From: Bacteroidota bacterium
GTDB lineage: Bacteria; Bacteroidota; Bacteroidia; Cytophagales; UBA9547
Length of the DNA stretch: 64,000 nt
Assembly (NCBI GenBank): GCA_033763735.1
Contig: JANRJY010000115.1
Location: forward strand, 26,612-90,611
Direction: 5' to 3'
How positions within the stretch are numbered: position 1 is the first letter of the stretch; each line of letters opens with the position of its first letter. This document shows, piece by piece, positions 26,473 to 34,971 of this stretch. A program made the translations under genes and the position numbers. The notes beneath the pieces were generated by a model. The model saw nothing but the letters and a program-made list of their open reading frames with translations, was not told the origin of the DNA and made no database searches.

Positions 26473-26961
26473 CTACTTTTGTTCTGCCAATTCTTTTAAT
26501 TTCCTGTTCATATTATTAAATCCGTTCACAGTATTATGATCCAGCATTTTTTTGAACATTGGAACCAATATTCCATTAAATTTTTCACTGTGAACAAAGG
26601 TTGTAGTGCCGTTGCCATTATCAATGAGTTCGAATTTATGTTGACCATCGAATAAACCGGCAAACATTAAGTGACCTAGCCAGCTGAATTCTTTATTGGT
26701 TACATAAGTGAGCATTTTGGGTTTGAATGTCATTCCTTGAGCATCCGGTGGTTCAATTCTGGCGGTGATTTTATTTCCCACTTGTACTTGACCTTTAATA
26801 GATTTAATGAAAGGATTCCAATTGGGGTAATTTTCAAAGTTTGTAAGAATAGACCAAACTTTATCGGGAGATGCATTAATTAAAATTTCGGTTTTGATTT
26901 CCTTTGCCATGGTATTTACGTTTAAGAGTCCTGTTAGGATAATTGTTGTTAAATATTTCAT
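26473..26961 (-). CDS. SRPBCC (START-like) domain protein
   Basis: EILINASPDKVWSILTNFENYPNWNPFI motif. Confidence 0.85.
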   Translation of the reverse strand: MKYLTTIILTGLLNVNTMAKEIKTEILINASPDKVWSILTNFENYPNWNPFIKSIKGQVQVGNKITARIEPPDAQGMTFKPKMLTYVTNKEFSWLGHLMFAGLFDGQHKFELIDNGNGTTTFVHSEKFNGILVPMFKKMLDHNTVNGFNNMNRKLKELAEQK

Positions 26962-27076
26962 TTGTTTAAATGTTAAATTATGTAGCAAAGGTCTGGTCAA
27001 TAAATAACTTTGCTCTTGACATATATCAAGAAATGCAATCCATTTGGAAATTCTAAATAAAGGAAATTGAATAAGG

Positions 27077-27658
27077 CTATAGAAGCTGTTTTTTTCTGAT
27101 TCTACTGAATGTTTCAGGAGTCATTCCAAGCATGGAAGCAATGTATTGCAGAGGTACTTGATTAAATAATTCTCTATTGTTTTGAAAGAAAAAATGGTAT
27201 CTTTCTTCAGCTGTCATTGATAAATGGCTAAAAATTCTATCTTCCAATATAGTGAAGCATCGTACCAAAAACAACTTTTCAATTTCAGCCCATTTAGGAA
27301 CCAGGTCCTCGATTTTTTTATAATCTTCTTTGTTAATTGTGTACAATTCTGTTTCGACCAATGCTTGAATGTTCCACCTTGCGGGAGCATTAAATATAAA
27401 ACTTGATAAGTCCGTTGCAAAATAACCTTTCGTTGAAATCCACTGGGTTATTTCCTTTTCATCGTTATTGACAAATATTCGTAACAATCCGGATTGAATA
27501 AAACTTAATTTATCACATCTGTTATTTGTTTTTAATAAAAAATCACCTTTTTCTAATTTATGTAATTTGAAAAATGAACTGATGGTATTTAAGTCGTCAG
27601 TGTTAACGATTCCAAAGTATGAATTGATATAATGTTCGAGTTCCGTCATGCATTGCAA
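27077..27658 (-). CDS. Crp/Fnr family transcriptional regulator
   Basis: cNMP-binding fold; AEERY and IASMLGMTPETFSRIR HTH. Confidence 0.9.
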   Translation of the reverse strand: MQCMTELEHYINSYFGIVNTDDLNTISSFFKLHKLEKGDFLLKTNNRCDKLSFIQSGLLRIFVNNDEKEITQWISTKGYFATDLSSFIFNAPARWNIQALVETELYTINKEDYKKIEDLVPKWAEIEKLFLVRCFTILEDRIFSHLSMTAEERYHFFFQNNRELFNQVPLQYIASMLGMTPETFSRIRKKQLL

Positions 27659-27804
27659 TCAATGGCAAAATTATTAACTTTAATAAAACCATTATTTAAT
27701 TAATGTCCAATTGTAATTTACATTTATACCACCATGCTTTTTGAATTGCGAGGACATATATCTCGGATTTGGAAATATATTTAAACAAATGAATCATTCA
27801 TAAA

Positions 27805-28158
27805 TTAATTATGATTTAAAATTTCGGCTTTACCATTATCATCACCATAATATACTTCAACATAATAAAATACATTATTCCCGTCTTTGTCTTTTTTTGA
27901 TTCAATCAGAGAAACTACATGTTTGCGTACGTTATCGCCATCTTCTGACGCATCATAACCTTCTTTGCTTCCATCAGGAGCGATAAAAAATGAACAATGG
28001 TTGTTAATTAAGCTTTCGACAATTGGACTTATCAATTGAGCACCATTTTTTGCTTCCATCTTGGATTGATAAATAGCAATAATCTCCAAGCGGAGTTTTG
28101 CCAATGCTGCTTTATCATTGGTAGTTACTATAATAGAATGGTGCCGAGTATTTCTCAC
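27805..28158 (-). CDS. Hypothetical protein
   Basis: 117-aa ORF with a conserved-looking FFIAPDGSKEGY segment; function unknown. Confidence 0.6.
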   Translation of the reverse strand: MRNTRHHSIIVTTNDKAALAKLRLEIIAIYQSKMEAKNGAQLISPIVESLINNHCSFFIAPDGSKEGYDASEDGDNVRKHVVSLIESKKDKDGNNVFYYVEVYYGDDNGKAEILNHN

Positions 28159-28486
28159 TTAATCAATTTTCGAATGCGAAATTAACTATTTAACAATAAC
28201 TTAACCTACAAAAATGTGTTTGTTTATTCTTTTTGTACAAATTCACTGTATTTTTAATTTATAAGTAAATTGTAATATAGGTGCAAAAATTAAGTATGTA
28301 TTACAAAATAATATTCACTTTTACGTTCATGTAATTAAAATTTAAACTGATATTTTAAAAAATATTGTTTTTTATTAAAAAATATCTTTAAATTTATGAC
28401 TCCTAATTAAATCTAAATTCATATAAAAAGTCCAAAATTAAAACTTAATTAGCATACATTAATTTTTGGCTACTCTTGAACCTAAA

Positions 28487-28810
28487 ATGAAAAAAATCCA
28501 AGCCATAATCAGAGCTTCAAAATTTGAAGATGTACGTGATGCCCTTCATAAGATAGGCGTGGAGTTTTTTATATTTTATGAAGTTAAGGGAGTAACCTTT
28601 CAAACCGAACAAAAAGGTTCGTATAGAGGATTGTCCATTTATGACTCTGCGGGTTCCATACCAAGGAGAGTGCTAGAAGTAGTAGTGCCTGAGTCGGATG
28701 CAAAGGAAGCAATAAATGTAATCAAAAAATCAGCTTATACCGGTGAAACCGGTGATGGCAAAATATTTGTATCATCAATTGAAGAAACACACCGAATAAG
28801 CCTTGGATAA
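28487..28810 (+). CDS. P-II family nitrogen regulator (GlnB/GlnK)
   Basis: MKKIQAIIR, YRG T-loop, TGETGDGKIFV; directly upstream of amt. Confidence 0.92.
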   Translation: MKKIQAIIRASKFEDVRDALHKIGVEFFIFYEVKGVTFQTEQKGSYRGLSIYDSAGSIPRRVLEVVVPESDAKEAINVIKKSAYTGETGDGKIFVSSIEETHRISLG

Positions 28811-28842
28811 CATTTGAAAATCTAATTAAACCCTAATTAAAC

Positions 28843-30207
28843 ATGGAAAACATAATATCTGATTCCGTAAGCCTGGTAAGTACCGATTCCACCTTTTATC
28901 TAAAATCGGTAATGGATTCGATAACTGCATCAAAGGCAGCTTATTTGCAAGCAAAAACCGAGATAACCAGCAACAGTACCTCCATTAACTTGAATGCATT
29001 CAAACTTGATAACCTTTGGATGATGATAGCTTCTGCATTGGTTTTTATAATGCACCTTGGTTTTGCTACTTTGGAATCAGGTTTGACAAGAGCCAAAAAT
29101 ACTACCAACGTATTGTTCAAAAACACGGTGATTCCTGCCATTGGGTTACTTACATTTGCTTTATGCGGATTTGGTCTTATGTACCCGGGTGCGGAGTTTA
29201 CAGGTGCATTTTTTGGTTTCAAAGGCTTTGGATTGAACTTGCCGGATGGAGGGGAAACAAGTGCTTATAGCCCTTCATATACTTATTGGACTGATTTTCT
29301 GTTTCAGGGCATGTTTGCTGCCACATGTGCTACTATAGTATCGGGGGCAGTTGCTGAACGTATTAAGTTAATCAGTTTTATGCTGTTTTCAATGTTTTTT
29401 GTGGCACTGGTTTATCCAATTTTAGGTATGTGGAAATGGGGAGGCGGATGGCTGAATGTAATTGGTTTTCATGATTTTGCAGGCTCTACAATAGTGCATT
29501 CTATTGGCGGTTGGGGTGCTTTGGCAGGTGTTATTTTACTAGGGCCACGTCTGGGTAAGTTTGAAAAAGGAAGAACCTATCCAATTCCCGGGCATAATAT
29601 GACCTCTGCTGTAATAGGTACTTTTATGTTGTGGCTAGGATGGTTTGGTTTTAATGGTGGTTCCGTATTATCAGCCGATGCCGGACTGGTATCAAAGGTG
29701 CTGGTAACTACCTGTATTGCAGCATCAGCGGGTTGTATTGCAGCTACTTTCACTATATTTTCAATCAGCAGAAATTTTGATTTATCCATGACCTTAAATG
29801 GCATATTGGCTGGTTTGGTAGGTATTACAGCCGGGGCTGATGTAACAGGCGTTTTAGATTCATTAATTATAGGCTTAGTTGCAGGTATAATAGTAGTGTT
29901 GTCGGTAATTACGTTTGATCGATTAAAACTTGATGATCCTGTAGGCGCACTATCTGTACATTTGGTTTGTGGAATTTGGGGTACCTTAGCTGTAGGTTTA
30001 TTTGGATCTAAAGCAGGATTGCAGCAAGTTGTAATTCAATTGATTGGGATAGTAAGTATAGGATTAGCCGCATTTGTTGCCGCTTTTGCAATATTTTTTA
30101 TCATTAAATCTACTATTGGAATAAGAGTATCTAAAGACGAAGAAATATATGGTTTGGATGGCGGTGAACATGGCATGGAAGCCTATCCAGATTTTATGAA
30201 CAAGTAA
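28843..30207 (+). CDS. amtB: Ammonium transporter
   Basis: FQGMFAAT, SGAVAER, HDFAGSTIVH, WLGWFGFNGGS and DDPVGALSVH motifs. Confidence 0.95.
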   Translation: MENIISDSVSLVSTDSTFYLKSVMDSITASKAAYLQAKTEITSNSTSINLNAFKLDNLWMMIASALVFIMHLGFATLESGLTRAKNTTNVLFKNTVIPAIGLLTFALCGFGLMYPGAEFTGAFFGFKGFGLNLPDGGETSAYSPSYTYWTDFLFQGMFAATCATIVSGAVAERIKLISFMLFSMFFVALVYPILGMWKWGGGWLNVIGFHDFAGSTIVHSIGGWGALAGVILLGPRLGKFEKGRTYPIPGHNMTSAVIGTFMLWLGWFGFNGGSVLSADAGLVSKVLVTTCIAASAGCIAATFTIFSISRNFDLSMTLNGILAGLVGITAGADVTGVLDSLIIGLVAGIIVVLSVITFDRLKLDDPVGALSVHLVCGIWGTLAVGLFGSKAGLQQVVIQLIGIVSIGLAAFVAAFAIFFIIKSTIGIRVSKDEEIYGLDGGEHGMEAYPDFMNK

Positions 30208-30222
30208 CTTAGCCCCCCTAAA

Positions 30223-30264
30223 TTCAGTCCTCAAGTATTTTTTTTGCCTTCCCTGAGGACTGGA
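30223..30264 (+). terminator. Hairpin after amt
   Basis: CAGTCCTCA/TGAGGACTG stem shortly after the stop codon. Confidence 0.5.
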
Positions 30265-30329
30265 TTATATTGAACTATTTGATATTAAGCTTTTGAAAAA
30301 GTTATAAATGATAGTACTTTTGTGATTGA

Positions 30330-30698
30330 ATGAAAATATTTGCAAGTGTTTTTCTCATTTTTATACTAATGCTCCAGATGAATTTCAAATCTGCTTTCAT
30401 TTTGGCTTGCGAAATGAACAAAACTTTTATTGCTACTAATTTTTGTGTTAATAAATCAAATCCAACATCGTGCTGCAAAGGCAAATGTTTTGTAAACAAA
30501 AGTTTGAAGGCTCAAAATGATTTTGAACGTAAATTACCGATTCAATTAAAAGTGGTTGATGAATTAGTTTTTTTTATGGAATCGAACGTGGGATTTGAAC
30601 AAAAGATTTTTCTTTGCAATGAATCACAATCAACAAATCCTTATTTTTTCAAAATATACAAATCACCTTTTTTAGAAATTCTACAACCTCCTGCCTGA
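30330..30698 (+). CDS. Small Cys-rich protein ending in PP (DUF2946-like leader candidate)
   Basis: Hydrophobic N-terminus, FCVNKSNPTSCCKGKC, C-terminal ILQPPA. Confidence 0.7.
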   Translation: MKIFASVFLIFILMLQMNFKSAFILACEMNKTFIATNFCVNKSNPTSCCKGKCFVNKSLKAQNDFERKLPIQLKVVDELVFFMESNVGFEQKIFLCNESQSTNPYFFKIYKSPFLEILQPPA

Positions 30699-30776
30699 TT
30701 TTTTGTTATTCAGTCAATTTAACTAAGGACTTATTCCTCAGATAAGTATATTTTAAATAATTTATCATATTTATTA

Positions 30777-31652
30777 ATGAAAGCATTTTTTAAAATTCGC
30801 ATTATTTTATTTTTTACCTGTTGTATTTGTTGTCTGCTTTCTTGCAGGCCCAATGACCCTGCCCCAAATAATAATAAAGGTGGGACTACCATTACTGGAA
30901 ATAATATTATAACCATTTCAGGCACTAATAATTCAACTTCAGGAAACACCACAACTGGTACCTATACTTCATCTGGATTAGGCACTTTAGCTTTCCATTT
31001 GCATAATACAATGGATGATCAGGAGTTTGATGAATACAATACCGTATATCAATCATCCGCTGGCAGAAAATACAAATTTACAAATGGTGAATTTTTTATT
31101 TCAAATATTCAATTGACCAAATCCGATGGAAGCATTTATTCAGTAGCAGGAATAATAATACTAAAAACAATAGAAAAAATTACAATTACTATTGCAAAAG
31201 TGCCTGTAGGAAACTATAAGTCTATTAGCTTTTATGTGGGTTTGGATAGCCTTACCAATGCTTCAAATCCTTCAATAAATGAAAATTTGAATGTATCAAC
31301 GATGTGGTATGGAACTACTGCCCAAGCAAAAGGATATATATATTTGAAATTTGCCGGAACTATTGATACCACATCTACAATGGCTGGAATTGAAGCCAAT
31401 ATGCAGCCTTTTGAATATAATATTGGCACTTTAGGGGCATATAAAAAAGTACAAATGGGAGAAAAAAACTATACTGTTGTTGAAGACCAAAAAATGTATG
31501 TTCATATGTATTGTAATTACTTGGCTTTATTCAATGGCATTCAGATTAATAAAAGTGCTAATCTGAAAGTGTTAACTCCCGCAGATAATACAACGCAATT
31601 GGCAAAAACAATAATTGATAATATTCCAAGTATGTTTAGCTATGAAGAATAG
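30777..31652 (+). CDS. MbnP-like lipoprotein
   Basis: Lipobox LLSC; FFISNIQL, P.GNY.SISFYVGLDS..N and GYIYLKF.G motifs. Confidence 0.7.
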   Translation: MKAFFKIRIILFFTCCICCLLSCRPNDPAPNNNKGGTTITGNNIITISGTNNSTSGNTTTGTYTSSGLGTLAFHLHNTMDDQEFDEYNTVYQSSAGRKYKFTNGEFFISNIQLTKSDGSIYSVAGIIILKTIEKITITIAKVPVGNYKSISFYVGLDSLTNASNPSINENLNVSTMWYGTTAQAKGYIYLKFAGTIDTTSTMAGIEANMQPFEYNIGTLGAYKKVQMGEKNYTVVEDQKMYVHMYCNYLALFNGIQINKSANLKVLTPADNTTQLAKTIIDNIPSMFSYEE

Positions 31653-32058
31653 ATTTCATCTGATATTTCTAGTAATTTATTTCATTTTCGGAATCGTGAT
31701 CTTTACTTGCACCAATGATAATAAAGAAGATATCAAGCCTAAAATCAATGACATTTGCAACAAAATAACGATATCATTTAAAAACGATATCGTGCCAATA
31801 TTCAATACGCATTGTATCAATCCAGGATGCCATTCCGGAAATTCACCTCAAAGCAATTTGAATTTGGAATCTGATAAGGCTTATGTCCAATTGTCGAGGA
31901 AAAGTAGGGGTTATATAGACACACTTGAACCGAAAAATACCGTATTGTATGCATCTTTAACTTCAACGATAAGTCCAATGCCTCCTTCAGGCAAATTGGA
32001 TGATTGTACTTTGGCATTATTTGAAAAATGGATGAAACAAGGCGCAAAGAATAATTAA
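31642..32058 (+). CDS. Small c-type cytochrome-like lipoprotein
   Basis: ISFKNDIVPIF, CINPGCH (CxxxxCH), MPPSG and WMKQGAKNN motifs. Confidence 0.7.
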   Translation: MKNRFHLIFLVIYFIFGIVIFTCTNDNKEDIKPKINDICNKITISFKNDIVPIFNTHCINPGCHSGNSPQSNLNLESDKAYVQLSRKSRGYIDTLEPKNTVLYASLTSTISPMPPSGKLDDCTLALFEKWMKQGAKNN

Positions 32059-32070
32059 TTACTAAACTAT

Positions 32071-32433
32071 TTGAAAGCAATTCTACCTTTAGTACTTATT
32101 TTTAATGTCCTGTATCACAATACGTTGCGATTGGCAATTGTGGCAAATTATCAATTGCATATCTCTGAAATAACGGAGAAATATTGTGTGAATAAGTCTA
32201 AACCAGAAATGCATTGCAAAGGTAAATGTCATTTGCAAAAAAAATTAAAGCAAAATGATACAGAAAAACATTTGCCAAAATATTTGAAAAATATGGTGGA
32301 AGATTGGTTTATGTTTTCCTACCAAAAAGAGACAGTTTTTGGGGTTGTTTTTCATAAAATATTATATTATCCTTATTTAATTCTTCAATATACAAATAGA
32401 ATTTTTACCATTTTTCACCCACCTCCGCTTTAA
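32071..32433 (+). CDS. Second small Cys-rich protein ending in PP, paralogue of 30330-30698
   Basis: YCVNKSKPEMHCKGKCHL, C-terminal IFHPPPL. Confidence 0.7.
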   Translation: MKAILPLVLIFNVLYHNTLRLAIVANYQLHISEITEKYCVNKSKPEMHCKGKCHLQKKLKQNDTEKHLPKYLKNMVEDWFMFSYQKETVFGVVFHKILYYPYLILQYTNRIFTIFHPPPL

Positions 32434-32497
32434 TTAATTGTATAGGTATACTTTGGAAGGATAAGTATTATTATGAATATTTCTAATCACCATTGAC

Positions 32498-32572
32498 AGA
32501 TTGCTTCATTTCATTTAAAAAACGAATTCGCAATGACATTCTCAACACGTCAATGTGACGTACGAAGCAAAC
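32498..32572. repeat. REP-like element pair, AGATTGCTTC...CGCAATGAC family
   Basis: Forward copy 32498-32537 plus degenerate inverted copy GTCAATG...GAAGCAA. Confidence 0.6.
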
Positions 32573-32717
32573 TTAACCTGGCTATATAAAAAGATGTATC
32601 CTACATTTTGTTATCAATTATACAAAATTCATGAGTCTATTGACATTTAAATCATAATCAAATAACAAAACGATTAAGCTATCAAAAGCTTTATCTAAAT
32701 ATTTAAAAACTTTAAAA

Positions 32718-34904
32718 ATGAAAAATCTAAAAAAAACCACTCAATATATTTTTTTGGCATTGATTGCCACTTTATTTGATATTAATGAAACCTTTGCCCA
32801 CTTTGGGGAAAGAAGTCCCACAGGAGGAAGTGTAACAGTGCTAGTGGTGGAACCCAATTATAATGTATTATATCTTGGAACTAAAAGCGGGGGTACATAT
32901 TATATGGCTACTCCTACCGCCACCGGTTGGTCACGCAGAAATACTGCAGGGTTGAAAAGTGGTAATATTACCTCCATTACAACTATAGGCAATACAACTA
33001 CCGGTCTGTACATCATTGCAGGAACATCAGATGCAGGGGTTTTTGTTTCTTCGGATAGAGGCGTAACATGGACATCTACTACTTCGGGATTGACTAATCA
33101 GAACATAAATGCCTTATATACAGTAGGTTCAGTTGTATTGGCGGGCACCAAAGGAGGTATATTTGTAAGTACAAATAACGGTGCATCATTTACAGCAGCC
33201 GCTACTCAACCTACGGATTTGAATATCACTTCTTTTGCAAATGATGGTGGATTATTGTATGCCGGAACCTCAAGCAAAGGAGTGTTCAGAAGCTCTGATA
33301 ATGGAATCACTTGGACAGATGCAAACAATACTGTGATTTCTGCATCAGGAATTAATTCATTGGCCGTTGCTAATAATTCACTAGTGGCAGGAACCAATGA
33401 AGGTGTATATGTTGCTGTCAATCAGCTTACTGCCAACTGGGCTTTGGCAATTACAGGTATAACTAATACTACTGTAACTAGTATTGCCAGCAACGGGAAT
33501 ATCTGGTATGCAGGAACAAGAGCCGGGGTGTTTTCGTCAACAGATTCAGGTGTGAATTGGACAGTGGAAGATATTGGATATACAGGTGCCGTTCAAACAT
33601 TGGCTATTCACAACAATAATTTATATGTGGGCGTACCTACAGGTGTGTTCAGAAAATTAGCCATTTCTACAACAGGAACTAGTTTTAATACAGGAATTTA
33701 TAATGTAAACACCTATGCTTTGTATAACTCGGGTACTTTGTCGATAGTTGCTAATGAAAACGGTGTATATGTAAGCACAACAAGTGGCTCTCCTGTAACG
33801 AGTTATGTAGCTGCTTCAGGATTTACGAATGCAACGACTGTGAACACCTTTGCTAAAGCCGGTACAAAATTATATGCAGGCACCAAATTTGATGGCATAT
33901 TCGAATCATCGGATAACGGATTCACTTGGACTGCTGCAAATACAGGATTACCTTCAGGAATTGCAGTAAATGAAATTGCAGCAACAAAAACTAGAATAAT
34001 AGCTGTCTTAACTTCTGGAGCAACATATAGTAGCCCTTTAGGAACAATTTCATGGACGGCAGGAACCGGAACCGGATTGTTTTTTCCAACCGGAATTGCA
34101 ACGGATAGTGTCAATGCTTTTGTAAGTTACATAAGTGATGGTGTGTATGTAAGTACCAATGGAGGGCTCAATTGGACACCTTTCAAAACCGGATTGCCTA
34201 CATCGGCTATTATAAGCTCTATTGCTGTAAATGGTACAAATGTGTATGTGGGAACTTCTGGAAATGGCATTTGGAAGACCAGTGTGTTGACATGTCCTTC
34301 TTGGTCAGCCTTAACTGCCACCATTCCATCGCAAAACATTACTTCAATGGGGTCGGGAGGCAAATGGATTGTAGCAGGTTTCAAAGGAGGTGTAACTGCC
34401 AGTCCTGACAATGGAACTACTTGGGAAGAACCAACCAATCTATGGATACCTGATTGGGGTATTGTTAAGGAAATTTCGTTCACTGCTGCTAATGCTTCTG
34501 ATAGGATAAATGTTGTAGTGCCTACTAATGGAGTTTATTCAAATGGTACAGGCGAACTACCAGGTTATTCAACTGTTGCGGGAGCAAACTCATTAGCTGC
34601 AAATTCGGTAATATATTCATGTAATTCTGCTACAACCGGAACAATTACTGGTTTTTCTAAAGAATTTGAATCCAAATTGACCATTGTACCAAATCCAAAT
34701 AATGGATCGTTTACCATTAGTTTGTCAGACGAAGAGAACAGCTTGACTTCTGTGACTTTGATTAATTGTTTTGGACAATTGGTAGATACCTTCACTTCGA
34801 GAAGTATTAGCTTAGTTATAAATGAGAGTTATAACCCTGGTATATATTTTGCGAAAATATCAACATCAAAAGGTGATGTATTTAAAAGAATAGTTATAGA
34901 GTAA
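32718..34904 (+). CDS. T9SS-secreted BNR/Asp-box beta-propeller protein
   Basis: Signal peptide; at least seven SxD/NxGxxW/F boxes; C-terminal VPNP...PGIYF...KRIVIE sorting domain. Confidence 0.85.
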   Translation: MKNLKKTTQYIFLALIATLFDINETFAHFGERSPTGGSVTVLVVEPNYNVLYLGTKSGGTYYMATPTATGWSRRNTAGLKSGNITSITTIGNTTTGLYIIAGTSDAGVFVSSDRGVTWTSTTSGLTNQNINALYTVGSVVLAGTKGGIFVSTNNGASFTAAATQPTDLNITSFANDGGLLYAGTSSKGVFRSSDNGITWTDANNTVISASGINSLAVANNSLVAGTNEGVYVAVNQLTANWALAITGITNTTVTSIASNGNIWYAGTRAGVFSSTDSGVNWTVEDIGYTGAVQTLAIHNNNLYVGVPTGVFRKLAISTTGTSFNTGIYNVNTYALYNSGTLSIVANENGVYVSTTSGSPVTSYVAASGFTNATTVNTFAKAGTKLYAGTKFDGIFESSDNGFTWTAANTGLPSGIAVNEIAATKTRIIAVLTSGATYSSPLGTISWTAGTGTGLFFPTGIATDSVNAFVSYISDGVYVSTNGGLNWTPFKTGLPTSAIISSIAVNGTNVYVGTSGNGIWKTSVLTCPSWSALTATIPSQNITSMGSGGKWIVAGFKGGVTASPDNGTTWEEPTNLWIPDWGIVKEISFTAANASDRINVVVPTNGVYSNGTGELPGYSTVAGANSLAANSVIYSCNSATTGTITGFSKEFESKLTIVPNPNNGSFTISLSDEENSLTSVTLINCFGQLVDTFTSRSISLVINESYNPGIYFAKISTSKGDVFKRIVIE

Positions 34905-34913
34905 ATTATATCG

Positions 34914-34946
34914 AAAAGGTGTAAATTTCATAATTTGCACCTTTTT
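34914..34946. terminator. Bidirectional intrinsic terminator
   Basis: AAAAGGTGTAAATT/AATTTGCACCTTTT between convergent genes. Confidence 0.7.
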
Positions 34947-34971
34947 TAACTTATTACCAAATTATTGAAAT

